Of a stretch of DNA of 64,000 bases, positions 10,079-23,846 are shown piece after piece. The stretch is from Haliotis rubra (Eukaryota): the NCBI RefSeq assembly GCF_003918875.1, contig NW_025765592.1, positions 310,001 to 374,000 on the forward strand, given 5' to 3'. Under the pieces are notes generated by a model. It searched no databases. It had not been told where the DNA came from and worked only from the letters and a program-made list of their open reading frames with translations. The position numbers and the translations under genes are program-made. Position 1 is the first letter of the stretch. Each line of letters opens with the position of its first letter.

Positions 10079-10176
10079 GGGCCTAGATTTTCGAAGGTCT
10101 CTTAGCGCTAAGATAGTCGTAAGTGCCATACATTAACATTAACTTACGACTATCTTAGCTTCGAAAATCTAGGCCC
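10079..10176. mobile_element. Small palindromic MITE
   Basis: 18-bp perfect TIR GGGCCTAGATTTTCGAAG / CTTCGAAAATCTAGGCCC plus an inner inverted pair GCTAAGATAGTCGTAAGT / ACTTACGACTATCTTAGC. Confidence 0.8.
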
Positions 10177-11869
10177 TAGATTTAATAGAGGAAATACGGT
10201 AGATGAGGGGGCATGTAAATAATCGAATGTCGGCCAGACACTAATATTTGAGTTGGGTGGGGTGAGGGGTGCAATTTAAGTCCCTCGCCGCACGGTCACG
10301 GTGACCTGCATATATCATTGTCGTCAAGCATGATCTACCCATCCAGCAGGACGTTTTGAACAGGCAGCATAGGATTCAGTTTTCCCCTCTGTATGCAGTC
10401 TTGGCGGGTCCTGGGTTCGTTAAAACACTCATGTGTCGAGCTCTGATATGTCGAAGTCACTGTTGTGTTGAAGTGAGAGCTTTGTCCCTTGTCACCCTTT
10501 TGCGGTTGTGTCGAACCCCAGATAATAATTGGGGGTCCCCGGGGCGCCCATGTTTGTGAGTCGAGGTAAAACCAAGTGACTCGATAACTGTAAAACGAGA
10601 AATTTTCCCGCCTTTAAATCTTATTTTTTTAAATTGTTTTTAAATATGTTATATTATAGTATAATATGGAATAAAGTGAGTATCGTCAGCATACTGTCCT
10701 AGTTTATGTTCAAAATCATTAAGTGTTAGACCAAAAAGTTAACTTACGAGATTTTTAACATCAACAGGAAGTGGGACTCAAGCTTGGTTTCACCATCGAA
10801 TCAAAGAGATATAGTGTATATTGTATTGATAAGTGTAACATTCAACTTCTGCGTAAAACAAAACACATGGCTTTAGTAGCTTGATGACAGAGATTTGACA
10901 TAGATCATTTGAAAGAACATTTTCTATCAAAAATAACTTCATGAAACATAATAACAGTTTTCACCTAACTGGTTGAAATATCCAATTAGAACATACCTAT
11001 GTATACATTGATGTTGCCCTAATTAATCCCTATTCTAGTGTGTAACTAATGGGAGTAAATCGGGCACTTGGACGTCGGGTATGCAGGCTTCATCAGTGTA
11101 GCCGATTACTAACACACTAACCCGTTTCACTGTATACTTCAAAATCTACCCCAACCGCTTGCAAGAAATTCATAAGACATTTTCAATAGAATAATCAATA
11201 TCTAACCCCATATACAATCACACAACCTCGTTCCCAGTCACCCAAAATGAAATATTCCCTACTTTTTTAACTGTAAATATGAATCTCGGGTAACTGAGTT
11301 AATATGAACAGTTTCTTGAGCGGAGCTGTACCTCGACTTGAGGTGGAGAATCAGCAAGTCATCCAGCTAGGCCGTCAGCCTGATTAAGTATGTGTAGACT
11401 AGACACAGGGGGACTTTGGCCATTCAGTTAATGGTGTTTGGAGGGGGATAAAATGACATGATTTTAACCATGTCATCAAACAATACAGGTTTTTCCGGGT
11501 TTTCTGAAACAAATATATAATAGTAGTAATAATAATGATGGGTATTATATAGCGCTGTATCCATCCACAAGGTGCATGCTCAACGCGCATATGGGCCCTG
11601 AGGAATTTCCTAGTGGCCCAATAAAAAGTAATAAATATAGTTGTCCATAAAACGGTATGCAGTCAGATGATCCTGACATATCCCGTAGTGGTTCCTGAAC
11701 AGTATCGGACTGAAAGAATGGGTGAGTGAGTCCGTACGTGCGTGCGTCCGTGAGGGAGCGAGGAAGGGAAGGAGCGAGGAAGGGAAGGAGTGAGTGAGTG
11801 GGTGATGGACTCTCGTGATGAAAGTACAATACTGTTGTACAACACTCAATCACTTATGCACGCACTGCC

Positions 11870-12570
11870 TCACTCACTCTAAAACCATTCGCTTCTCAAG
11901 TTAACAGACGTTCCGGACTCACCTGTAACTGAGATTTTGCATGTCACACTAACCAGGTCACGATGCGAGATATCACTGGTGTAACAGCGTCCATGTGTAC
12001 ACCCCAGCGTAGTGTCCACAGCACAACTGTAGAGTCAGGTATAAGGTGAGTGTGTGATGAAAAATGACATTCTGTTTTCCATCAAACACCGTTGACGTAT
12101 ACTGTTGTCGGACTATAGGTAATGACAAGCAGTGTTGTTACTCTAACAGTTTATCTTTGAGGATTTAGATTGAAAATGCTTGCATACAAGTAGGCCTGTA
12201 TATTACCTGCTCTTACCCAGAAACTTTGATGTTGCAAATTGTTTACAAGCGATTGTTCCTGTTAAAGAGGCAGTTGCTCCTTCATGCTGTGTTTTAATTG
12301 CATGGTGTTGTTTGAGTTCGAGTCAACATTAATAATGCATAAATACGTTCAGATGTACCTCTGTTCATTCAGCAATACAAGGGTACCAGTAGGGAATAGA
12401 TTGTCATGTGACTGTAAACCAAGTTCAATATTCCGAAGAATGAAAATTGATGGCAGATTCATCCACTAAAGGGGTAATACGATTATTTACCAATCATTTG
12501 ACAATCTTGACCACTTGGGCGTCTCTTTAAATTCAGTGACGTCATGTCTACCAAGTCACCATATATCGAA
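11870..12570 (+). promoter_or_regulatory. Orphan duplicate of exon 1 plus 5' part of intron 1 upstream of gene B (possible alternative first exon)
   Basis: High similarity to 4611-5280 with an intact AG|GTGAGT donor at 12046. No coding exon follows before the next exon-1 module. Confidence 0.65.
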
Positions 12571-12786
12571 GTGATTACTTAACTGTGGGTGAGTGGTTCA
12601 GTGAGTGAGTGGTTGAGTGAGTGGTTTAGTGGTTGAGCGGTTGAGTGGGTGAGTGAGTGAGTGACTTTGGGCTATAAAGTTGAAAGTAATATGCTGTTAT
12701 AGAACACTCACTCACGTATGCACGCATTGACTCACTCACTCTAAAACCAATCAGTTCTCAATTGAACAGACATTCCGAACTCACCT

Positions 12787-13224
12787 ATACCTTGTCAAAG
12801 ACAGACATCTTATGAACGCACCACCATTTCGCTTTATCGCCACGCCTAAACACAACGCATGGGATGCACGTGCACAACGCAGTAGCTCCATACACGTGCA
12901 TGGGGTGTCATTTTTTTATTTTGACGGTTTTCAAAAATATCGAAAAATCATTTTCACAATCATTTTGCATCACATATTTTTAGCCGTTTTGGTTCTTTTT
13001 CGTTTGAAAATGAAAATCATATACATGCAAATTTCACGTCATACACATATCATCTTTCAAGAGCGATAACTGTACGAACAACTATGGTCATAAGAAAGTG
13101 CAAGTGGTGAACAGTCTCAAAACAGTCATTCTTATAATATCCATGTTCATTGACCATATATCGCCCAATTCTTTCAATCGTAAAATATAAATGAGGTTTC
13201 CCTACTTTTCTTGAGGAGCATATA
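12787..13224. mobile_element. ~435-bp TA-flanked MITE-like insertion inside exon 1 of gene B (also at ~40481-40923)
   Basis: Splits ...actcacct / ctgagattttgc, which is contiguous at 11918-11940; the ends are degenerate and TIR-like. Confidence 0.6.
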
Positions 13225-14375
13225 TCTGAGATTTTGCAAGTCACGCTAACCAGGTCATATCACTGGTGTAACAGCGTCTGTGTGTACACCCCAGTGCAGA
13301 GTCCACAGTACAACTGTAGAGTCAGGTACAAGGTGAGTGTCTAATGAAAAATGGCATTGTTGTCCTTCAAATACCGTTGACGTTTATATACTTGTTGAAA
13401 TATAGGAAATGGCTAGCAGTGTTGTTACTCCAACAATTTCTCTTTGAGGATTCAGTATGGATATACCTGCACACAAGAAGGACTGTATAATACTTACTCA
13501 TACCCGGAGACATTCATGTTGTTTACAAGCGATTGTTCCTTTTTGAAGTGGCAGTTACACCTTCATGATTCTACTAGTAGACCTGTGTATTACTTACTCT
13601 TACCCGGAGACATTCATGTTGTTTACAAGCGATTGTTCTTTTTAAAGTGGCAGTTACACCTTCATGATTCTTGTCAATTTCATTGTGTAGTTTGTCTAAT
13701 CAATATAAATACTTTCGGATGCGTCTCTGTTCATTCAGAAACACAGGGGTACCGTTAAGGAATAGATTGTAATGTGACTGTGAACCGTATTCAGTTTACC
13801 TAAGAATGAAAATTAATGGCAGATTAATCCACAGACGAGGCCATAAAATTCACCAACCGTTTGACAATCTTGACCGCTGGGTCTCTTTTACATACAATGA
13901 AGTCATGTCTACCACGTCACCATACTTAACTTTCCAAATTGTATGTCTGTGTATTTCCTGTTCCACCATCACCGTTACAGTTCTTCAATGTAATTACAAT
14001 GCCAGTACGAAATATAATGGCAGAGGTGACAACAAAGTCAATGATAAATAATACTCCCACATCAGCAACAGTGCTCAAGCTTCCAAAACAGACTTATACT
14101 AAATATCCGGGGTGAAAAGATGATGTTCACAGAATGCTGGACACCGCTGTCCTCACGTGACAATCTGAACATTGTTTTCCTGCTTTACACAGCCATATTA
14201 CACGTACACAGACATATTGTTCTACTGATTTACACAGCAATATAACACGAACCATCTTGGTTATTAGTGTCACATTTCATGTGTAAAGAAACTGTGATTA
14301 ACTAGGAACATGAACTGAAAAGGATCAAACGTTCAACTGTAAATCGTATCTTAAAATTCAATATGTTCTTTCAGA

Positions 14376-17098
14376 ATGTGGACAGGAATGAGACTTGCAT
14401 TTGCGACGCTTGTTACGTTGTTGCTGGTGTTGCCTACTGTGAAAACAAAGGAAGTGTCAACTCTGAATGGCCCACTTCTAGGACAACGTCTGTCAGTGTT
14501 GGGCAAGTCTCTTGACGTATTCTATGGAATTCCATATGCCAAGCCTCCTGTAGGTGATCTCCGCTTCAAATACCCTCAGCCTTCAGAGTCATGGGGACCG
14601 GAAGTTAGAGATGCACAAAACCCGACGCCATCTTGCTTCCAACCAAAAAATGCTCATGGCACTGATGAAAGTTACAAACAGATGCCCGATGATTACAGTG
14701 AAGACTGCCTTCACCTTACAGTGTGGGCGCCATCAGCCAATGCTGGCAATCTGGCAGTCATGGTCTGGATCCACGGCGGAGCTTTTTATATTGGATCTAC
14801 AAGACTGCCACTGTATGAAGGAAAATACATTGCAGCAGAGAATGACGTCATCGTTGTTTCAATGAATTACAGATTGGGGCCTCTAGGGTTCAGTTACCTT
14901 GGTCCAGATACCATCCCTGGAAATATGGGCTTGGTGGATCAAAGATTAGCCTTACAGTGGGTGAAAGACAATATTGCCAACTTTGGTGGAGATCCAACCC
15001 GCGTGACCATATTTGGAGAAAGTGCTGGTGGTGCAAGTGTAGGTCTACACCTGGCATCACCTTTGTCACGTGACCTGTTCGACAGAGCAATCACACAGAG
15101 TGGGACCCTCCTCTGCCCGTGGGCTTACACTTTTCCCAACACAGCAAAACAGAAACTGAAGAGATTTGCCAATCTCCTTGAATGCCCTTCATCTTCAACT
15201 GATACAGAGATATATGAGTGCTTGAAGACAGCAGATGCACAAACTATGGCAGACCTTCAGCTAGGTTTGTTCGATGAAGGAATTCCATTTCGTCCAGTTG
15301 TGGATGGGAACTTCCTCCCCGATGACCCCAAAACTCTTCTGTCCACTGGCTCCATCAAGCAGACCAGTGTATTGCATGGTTTTACAAAGAACGAGATGAC
15401 TCTGTTTTCTGCACTGACATTGAAGCAGATGAGAAAAGTATCTGCATTACCGGAAACATTGATTTTAAGTCGCACAGAATATGAAAGTCTTAAGTTTAGC
15501 ATTGGAAATGTGGACGGAATCGAAGAACCTCTTCGCCTCTTTTATGAAAGTCAGAAAGCCCCCCTGAAAGAAAAAGACTATTTTGATGTCGTGACTCGAG
15601 CGAGTACGGATAAGGCAATGAAGTGTCCTCATCTTGAGTTTGACAGATTGTACTCTCCTGCCAACCCTACCTACGTGTACAGTTTTAATCACCGACTATC
15701 AGTTAGTCCGTTTCCACAGTGGATAGGAGCAGCCCACTGGTACGAGCTTGACTTTGTGTTTGGTTGGGTCCTGGAAAAGTCTCTGGGATGTACAGAGGAG
15801 GAGATGGAACTCAGCAGAACCATCATGACGTACTGGACCAACTTTGCCAAGTCAGGGTGAGTGAGTGAGTGGTACATATGACTTATTGAGTCAATGATCG
15901 CCCTCAAACTTTTAAGACCTCTTAATCCCGAAAGAACAGCACAAAACACAAAGGAAACAACTTCTATCATTTTCATGTGTACAATGTCCAGAGACCATTT
16001 ATGTTGTCCACTGGCGTTTTCAAAATGTGTCAAAAACCTATTTCACCCTCTCCAATTAACATGATACCAAACCCGTGGAGATCCGGTTTAGCATTGGTCT
16101 TCAGCAACTCATGTTTGTCGTAAGAGGAGACTAACGGGATCGGTTGGTCAGGCACGATAACAAAGTTGAAACATGTCATTGCATACCACTGCATAGCTCC
16201 ATGTTCATGCTATTGATCACTGGATTATCTGGACCAGGTTCGATTAATTACAGATCGCCACCATATAGATGGAATAGTGCAGGGCCTCTTATATTAAACA
16301 ACAAATGAACCAAACAAACAAATAAACAAAACATCCTAGAACTCTTTTATTTACAGGAACCCGAACACTCCTGTCCCCGTCAAGGTGAACTGGCCAGCCT
16401 CTGACAACACTGATCTCTCCTACATGGCTCTTGACGTGGGCAGCAAATTAGCAGCAGGACACGGGGTAGTCCACCACGAATGTGTCTTCATCAACAAGAT
16501 TGTCCCCATGATTTCTAAAGGTAATGTTCATGATGGATAGTTCAATGGGAATGGTCGGGACCGACAGGTATTTCGAGTTATGCATAATATTCGAGACGCC
16601 GGCAGTCGACTCATCGGGATTTGACTGTAGTTGAATGGTTTCAGATGTGAATAGTTTCTCAAGTGATTATGATACTTATGTATACCAATACGTCCATACT
16701 GATCCACGGATACTGATTGGTTCGTGTCAACATGTTCATGCCCATATGTTAATGCTGATACCATCATGTTGATATGTTCGTAATGTTACCTTTAAACGGC
16801 TACGTTCATGCGGACATGTTCCTGCCCATACGTGTAGTCATCTCAGTGTTGAGCCTTGTTTCATGAAAGAAGTTTTACCCCCAACTCACTCAACTTTTCA
16901 CTATAACCATCGCTGGAAGACGTATGAGTTAATACAAAAGGCACCTTTGTTTGTAACCAGATGGCAACAGCCCCTCCCCATGTCACGCCTGGTTTATCGT
17001 TGTGGATATTACACTGGACTGTAGCACGGCAAATAATGAGTCCATTTAATGCTTTTCAGACCCCCCCTGAAGGGCAGGAATACTGCACGAGAGGATGA
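14376..17098 (+). CDS. Cholinesterase-like paralog B (exons 14376-15856, 16357-16520, 17060-17098)
   Basis: 494-aa exon-2 ORF with GGAF, GESAG, GFTKNE and AAHWYE. The last exon has C7 where B' has C6, probably an assembly indel; otherwise the tail is DPPEGQEYCTRG*. Confidence 0.9.
16072..16330 (+). mobile_element. SINE-like repeat in an intron of gene B (duplicate at ~43918-44175)
   Basis: Reverse complement of the 9401-9647 family, with an (AAAC)n tail. Confidence 0.75.
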
Positions 17099-17136
17099 AA
17101 GGACAGCATCACAATAATCAGACCTTGAGGAACATA

Positions 17137-17829
17137 CAGTCGAGCACCGTTGTGTCGAACTCTAGATATAATTTCATGGTCCCAACAAACAAAATTACCC
17201 TTTTAACTCGACATTGGCAAGGAACTCGATATTCACCTTCTTTTCATAGGCAAGTATCCCACTGAACGGACGTTGTTTCCACACATTTACACACGGTGCG
17301 GCATGAATCAAAGGGATGCGGTAGTGTAAACTAATTAGGGCTAATTGAGTTGAAGGTGTCACTTGTTTGTTATTTAATTAGGATTAATTAGGAAGGAATT
17401 AATTGGGAAGTACTCACTGATACGACTAAACACTACTGATAACGGATTATAGTTTCGAATCAAAACATACTAAGAAATCAACTGAGGGTTTTGTGTAATC
17501 GCAGTTGAGAATGTCGGTTGCGTTCACAAGATTTGTCGTGTATCGAGAGTGGTTATCTACTATCGCCTTCATGCCACCACCAAATGCCCGTCAGTCTAAA
17601 GATTTAGATCCAACTTTTGTATGATTCAAGAGGTGTACCTTGTGTGCCGTAACATTGCGATCCCTGTGAGTAAAAATGTATATACAAATATATATACATA
17701 AAATCTACTTTTTCTTTTCTTTCTTTCATAGTGATAGGTGATGATATGCCCTGGTCGGATGTCTCGAAGTTCGGATAACTCGATATTCTTTCTTGGTCCC
17801 GTGAATATCGAGACAACGGTGCTCGACTG
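17137..17829. mobile_element. Non-autonomous Tc1/mariner-superfamily (pogo/Tigger-like) MITE (duplicate at 44982-45674)
   Basis: TA|CAGTCGAGCACCGTTGTGTCGA ... TCGAGACAACGGTGCTCGACTG|TA. Confidence 0.85.
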
Positions 17830-17833
17830 TATA

Positions 17834-18960
17834 CAGCGGGTGGCCATATTATAACGTACAAACACGGCGGACCGATTGTTTACACGGGAATTCAAAGTGT
17901 CATAACTCGTCAAATATAAACAGTCTTACCTCAATATTTTTGTGATGTGTCCCTTGTTCCTTATTATTTTCAACATCCACCTTGGAATCGATGAATATAC
18001 ATTTCTGATGAAATCGAGGGCAATATTTTCCAAGTTGCCCGCACTTCGTGTTCCAAGTAGGCAGCCGACTGAATGTTTCTTCGGCGTCCCTGAAGTCTAT
18101 TCTTCAGGTAGAGCCAACAGTTCTCAATAATATTTGCGTCTAGACTCTGTGCAGGCCGCAACATTCCATTAATGTAATTTTGTCGCTTGTAATCCTGAAC
18201 GACATGGGCCCGATGTACAGGGGCGTTTTCATATTGGAAGATGTACCGGTTTCCCGGCAAATGTCTGGCTATAACGGGCCAAAACATATCATCGAGGATT
18301 TCTGTGTATTTCTGAGCATTTATGTTGCCATTAACAACACAAAAGGTACCAACGCCATGCCAGGTGATACAACCCCACACCATAAATCTGACGCGTGGCT
18401 GTCGTCCCGGACAAAGACATTGCGGGAGGAATTCTTCATCGGGCTGTCTCCAAACAAAAACGCGATTGTTTTCCCCAATGATAATTTTACACTCGTCAGG
18501 GAAGATCACTCGATTCCAGTAATGATTCACTGTACGATATCGTTGCCCCCTTGCCTAGGCCAAACGATTTCTGACATTATAGTCACGAATTCAGATTTTC
18601 TTTCTAACAACACGTCTATGAAATATATTTTCATATAATCGTCTCCTTACAGTCCTCACCGATACACGTGGTAGCCCAATTGTTGTTCAAATTCTCAGTT
18701 ATTCACCCAAAGGTGAAATCCTATTGTGTCTGACCAACCTCAAAAGTTGTCGATTGTCCCAAAGAGTCAGTTCCCTCATACGGCCTGTTCTGAGAGCATT
18801 TTCGTCGATTAAACCGCTTTACCACCGAATATACGCTGCTTCGGGGCATTCCAAAGAATTTTGCAATGTTAGAACATTTTCAATTACTTTTTTACAATTA
18901 ATTTCTTAAGTGACTCCGACAAATTAACCGATTTCCCCATTGTTACCGGAAATAGCTAGA
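17834..18960 (-). mobile_element. Degenerate Tc1-like transposon with DDE transposase remnant (duplicate at ~45679-46805)
   Basis: ORF motifs W..VIF.DE, MVWGCI, FQ.ENAPVH (second catalytic D altered) and PAQSLDANIIENCW. One Tc1-type end, TA|CAGCGGGTGGCCA, at 17834. Frameshifted N-terminus from the ATG at 18940. Confidence 0.88.
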
Positions 18961-19505
18961 ATATGTAGCAGACAACAAGTGGATTAAAAAAAAAGTCACG
19001 TGACAGACACGTGACATCATGGTCGATCATATGACAAGATATTACTGTATGTCATTATCATTATTGAAGCCTCTTTAAACTGTACTGAGGAAGCAAAGTC
19101 ACAGACATAGAATGCCACTCTGCATGGATGTTGTGACGTCTTTTACACTGCTAAGTCATCCGTGTCTACAGCCACTACCTCTACCACTCCCAAACATACC
19201 TCCCAAGGACGCCATGGTATAAATAGTCCAAGTACATTTTATTATTCCTCACGGCTCCACGTCAGGACGTCAATTTGTACCCGTGCCTACATTATATACT
19301 CAGAAAAGTCAACATGTCAATCAACTGCTCTGAAAGTCACTTGGTACAATAGTTAACAACTCTGGTAAGTCAAATGACATCACATTTACCACACCCCTAT
19401 ATACCTATCAATATATCAATAATCTAATTATAGTTTGTTATTCCTCACAGTTTCATGTCAGGAAGTCCGATAGTGCCTAACGCATACACTCAGGGAAGTC
19501 AAGTG

Positions 19506-20337
19506 TCTGCTCGGACAAGTCACTTGGTACATGTGTTATCCAGCAACTCAACTACCGTAGACATTATATACTCAGAGAAGTCAACTGGTGTGTGAACTAT
19601 CTGCTCGGACAAGTCACTTGGTACATGTGTTATCCAGCAACTCAACTACCGTAGACATTATATACTCAGAGAAGTCAACTGGTATGTAAACTATCTGCTC
19701 GGACAAGTCACTTGGTACATGTGTTATCCAGCAAGTCAACTACCGTAGACATTATATACTCAGAGAAGTCAACTGGTATGTAAACTATCTGCTCGGACAA
19801 GTCACTTGGTACATGTGTTATCCAGCAAGTCAACTACCGTAGACATTATATACTCAGAGAAGTCAACTGGTATGTAAACTATCTGCTCGGACAAGTCACT
19901 TGGTACATGTGTTATCCAGCAAGTCAACTACCGTAGACATTATATACTCAGAGAAGTCAACTGGTATGTAAACTATCTGCTCGGACAAGTCACTTGGTAC
20001 TTGTGTTATCCAGCAAGTCAACTACCGTAGACATTATATACTCAGAGAAGTCAACTGGTATGTAAACTATCTGCTCGGACAAGTCACTTGGTACTTGTGT
20101 TATCCAGCAAGTCAACTACCGTAGACATTATATACTCAGAGAAGTCAACTGGTATGTACTTGTGTTATCCAAACTATCTGCTCGGACAAGTCACTTGGTA
20201 CTTGTGTTATCCAGCAAGTCAACTACCGTAGACATTATATACTCAGAGAAGTCAACTGGTATGTAAACTATCTGCTCGGACAAGTCACTTGGTACTTGTG
20301 TTATCAAGCAAGTCAACTACCGTAGACATTATATATT
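19506..20337. repeat. 94-bp minisatellite, ~9 copies
   Basis: Unit tctgctcggacaagtcacttggtac...tggtatgtaaacta starts at 19506, 19600, 19694 and so on. Confidence 0.95.
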
Positions 20338-20749
20338 TAGAGATATTATACATTTAACTGGCATAAACCATTTACTCAGACAAGTCAACAATGGTACATG
20401 CGGTACAGACACAGATTAATCGGGTGGTACATGTTCACTGTGTTTGCCTTTTCTTCATGGATATATGAACTGGCATACCCAATACCTACGCTCACTGATC
20501 ATCTGGTATATTTGTATCTAGTCAGACAGGTCAACTAGTATAAACGCTGTCTTAATGGACTAGTGAACAGCTACATACCTTACTGTGAAACCAACTACAT
20601 CATACATTATTCACTGGCACAAATCAATCGGTACATGTGTAATCTCTTCTGGCAAGTCAACACACCGCCTCCATCAGTAGAGCCTGCTACTACAACATCC
20701 ACAATATCAGCCAAGTCCGCCACTACCTCGATACTGACACCTGTAAACT

Positions 20750-21130
20750 CCTAATGGACTGTCTTGTCACGTGTATACTCGACTACTGTAAGTCACGATA
20801 TGCCAACCTCTCCACTAGATCACTCCAGAAACTCATAAAGAATCCACAATTCACACCAGTGCTACAGTCTCTACGCTGGCTCCCCATCTCTGCAAGAATT
20901 ACCTTCAAAATCCTCATTCTGACTCATGACTGCCTCTACAACGATAACTTTCCCGACTATCTCAAACATCTCGTCTCCGATCTTCCTCTGACTCTCTCCT
21001 CACCCAACACAGATCTCCAAAGCAACTGTCTGACCGAGCCTTCTCCTTTGCCAGCCCTGAACTGTGGAACTCTCTTCCAAAGGAAATCAGGAACACATCA
21101 TTGAAAGAAACTTTTAAATCTTTGCTTAAA
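20750..21130 (+). mobile_element. 3' remnant of an L2/CR1-clade LINE (resumes ~22329-22450; uninterrupted at ~49056-49570)
   Basis: LDYC..., TPVLQSLRWLPISARITFKILILT, P.LWNSLP and FKSLLKTHLF motifs across frames, followed by an (ATT)n tail. Confidence 0.75.
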
Positions 21131-21265
21131 CTGACTGACTGACTGAGTTTGGTTTTACGCCGCTTTTAGCAATATTCCAGCAACATCACGGCGGGGGACA
21201 CCAGAAATGGGCTTCACACATTGTACCCATGTGGGGATTCGAACCCGGGTCTTCGGCGTGACGAG
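21131..21265 (-). mobile_element. 5'-truncated tRNA-SINE with a 12-bp TSD, present only in the first block
   Basis: TCTTTGCTTAAA at 21119-21130 and 21266-21277; B box GGTTCGAATCCC on the minus strand; absent at 49435-49445. Confidence 0.88.
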
Positions 21266-21276
21266 TCTTTGCTTAA

Positions 21277-22328
21277 AGGTCACATGCAACGTAAAACACA
21301 ACTTTGCAGATTCTGATACCTTTCGGTATGGACTTACCGAAACAAATCGTCAAAAATGCAAATTCAACTTATAAAGTTGAAAAATAACGCGATGAAAAAA
21401 ACCGCGCGAAATCGGAGTTCAAACGTTTCTTTAATTTTCCCCCGACTTTTCGGGGAAAAACTGGTCTCAACGGCCGGGCTGCGCTCAAAGCACGTGCGCA
21501 GTGAAATAGGTTCGCGCAGCTTGGAAGCGGGTTGTCCGGTTAATACTCGGTGAAGGCTTTGGTGTGAGCTATTTTTCTAATGTTTTGTTGATATCTCACA
21601 GGCGCGAGCTTTTTATATGTTATGACAGTAAATTAACTGTTTATATAATTTCATTTGTCTATTTCACCACACGTTCTTCTTACCGAGTCACTTTCTCAGT
21701 TCGATACTTGAAAGCAATGTCATTATTTAGCGTTGACAGAATTTCTAACTGTGATATAGATATGTCGTTGTCACAGACGAAACTCAATGTCTTGTTTTAT
21801 TGACACCTATGTGTCTGCCTGCCTGTCTGCTAATGACAATATTCAATACACAGCTGCTATCACTGACCACATGCAATTTGAACTTAACACCAATCAGGCT
21901 ATACACCATAAACAAAATGCATTGATTTATGGCCCGAGTTCGGTCTCTGTCACATTATGTAATTACACAGACCAGCAGGTGTGATACTTGAACACATGAC
22001 ATGTTATGATGTCTGTTGATTGTAAAATGTTATGCACAAAAAATGAGCATGTATTTACAAAACCCAACATCTCTATATATACACACACAATGAGCCGTGA
22101 GGGCATCTGCAAATGAACCAGCCGTTACACTTGAGTGCACACCCACCTGCTCTGACTGGGTTCGGTATCCCGGCTGCTTCGTTTCTTGGGGAGTAAACCC
22201 AAGTACACAATATTGCACTTTTGATTTGCGATTGTACGCTTATAATTTTGTTTATATGTTTTTTCATAACCAGCAATGTATATTATATGTCATGAATAAG
22301 TGATAATTGTGTTTTAATTATGTTTTAA
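21277..22328. mobile_element. ~1.05-kb insertion starting TTAA|AGGTCACATGC (Kolobok-like left end, right end missing), present only in the first block
   Basis: The empty site in block 2 reads gcttaagacccatctgttcactgctgcc (49439-49466). A TTAA target with an RR start is characteristic of Kolobok elements; no matching right TIR was found. Confidence 0.55.
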
Positions 22329-23846
22329 TTCACTGCTGCAGCTGCCTTTCTGTAAAAGTTTCTGAACTATTTCCTTCCCCAATATTGCCACAGTGCCACT
22401 GAGCATCTCTACGGTGGATATTAGACGTTATATAAATACATTATTATTATTTGTCAATAACGGCATGGAAAAAAGCAAATGGTCAACATTCTTCATAGAT
22501 ATTGTGACGCTTTTTCTACTGATCAGCCACCAATCACAATCACGCATATATACCCATCAATAACGGCATAGAATAAACACAAGGTCAGCATTCTGTTCTT
22601 CCCTGTTGCATGTTAAGTCTATTCTAGCATATCAATGGATATGTAATTTCCACTGAATCGTATGCCAGTTGCGTAGATTGATGCTCATGCCGTTGATCAC
22701 TGGATTGCCTGGTCCAGAAAGGTCCATTGGGTCGTAGTACTCTTTAGTACCTTCAAGAACTCTAAATATAGCGCACGTCTATATACAGTCAATGTCAGTC
22801 TAACCGCTGACTCTCTGCTCTGCAGTCTTATACACTTGGAACATTGTTACACAATGGACATCACTGCCACTCAACACCATCAAGCCAAAGCTTCAGGTCC
22901 CTTTCTACAACTAGCATATGGACCGAAAGGGAACTCCAAGTGATGTAATCCAAAGTATGAACAACAATAGTTGGCCATAGCATAATATTCAATACAAATA
23001 CGGTATCTTCAATAAACAGGTGTCACAGATATTGATAGTTTATATCATTAATAAGATCAGTAGCTTAAACAGTGTAAGATGTGGTCAAAGCGTCCTGCTG
23101 TCCATCAGGACATTTTGCATGAAAAGTCAAAATAATTAATATTACGTGAATCAGCCTCTATTCTCAAGGCAATCCCTGATTCGACGGTGTACTCATCACC
23201 AAACGTCCAGTGTTAACTTGGTTCAAGCCATCCAAATTCTTCCTGCATGGCAGCGCCATGTTCGTTAAGAATGGCCGTCGGTTGATATCCAAGACATGGA
23301 TAGAGTGCTGATCATTGTAAGGTGGTTATGCTCTCCTGGAGGTACTCCGTAACAATACGAGCGATTTGCGCTCTTTTGTTGTCATCCTGAAGCATAAACT
23401 TACGCTTTTTGTAATAATATATGTCACGCAAACCAGGTGATCTTATCAGATAACACCCGTTTAGCAGCATGTCTGTGTGTACACCCTACAGCAGTGTTCA
23501 GAGTACAGCTGTAGAGTCAGGCGCAAGGTGAGTGGGTGTTGAAATATTACATTCTGTTTTAACATTGACGTATACCATTGTCCGAAATATAGCTAATGAC
23601 TGACAGTGATATTCCTCTTGGCCAAAGCAGTTTATCTTTGAGGATTGAGGCTCTATATAAATACAAACAAATAGGAAAGTCTGCCACCTACCTCTTCCAC
23701 ATGCGACTCTAGCTCAGACGTACTACAGTCAAGATTACACCATTCAATGCCTCGGGGGCACATTGATTCATTGCCATAGCCATGTATCAGGGTTTGGATT
23801 TGGGTCATTACAATGTGAGAAATACTGTAAATAACAGGCGCAAATA

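Noticed and set aside
19506-20337. Regularly spaced repeats as a possible CRISPR array
   Set aside because: Units are head-to-tail with no unique spacers, the context is eukaryotic and there are no cas genes. The same applies to the 57-, 55- and 20-bp arrays.
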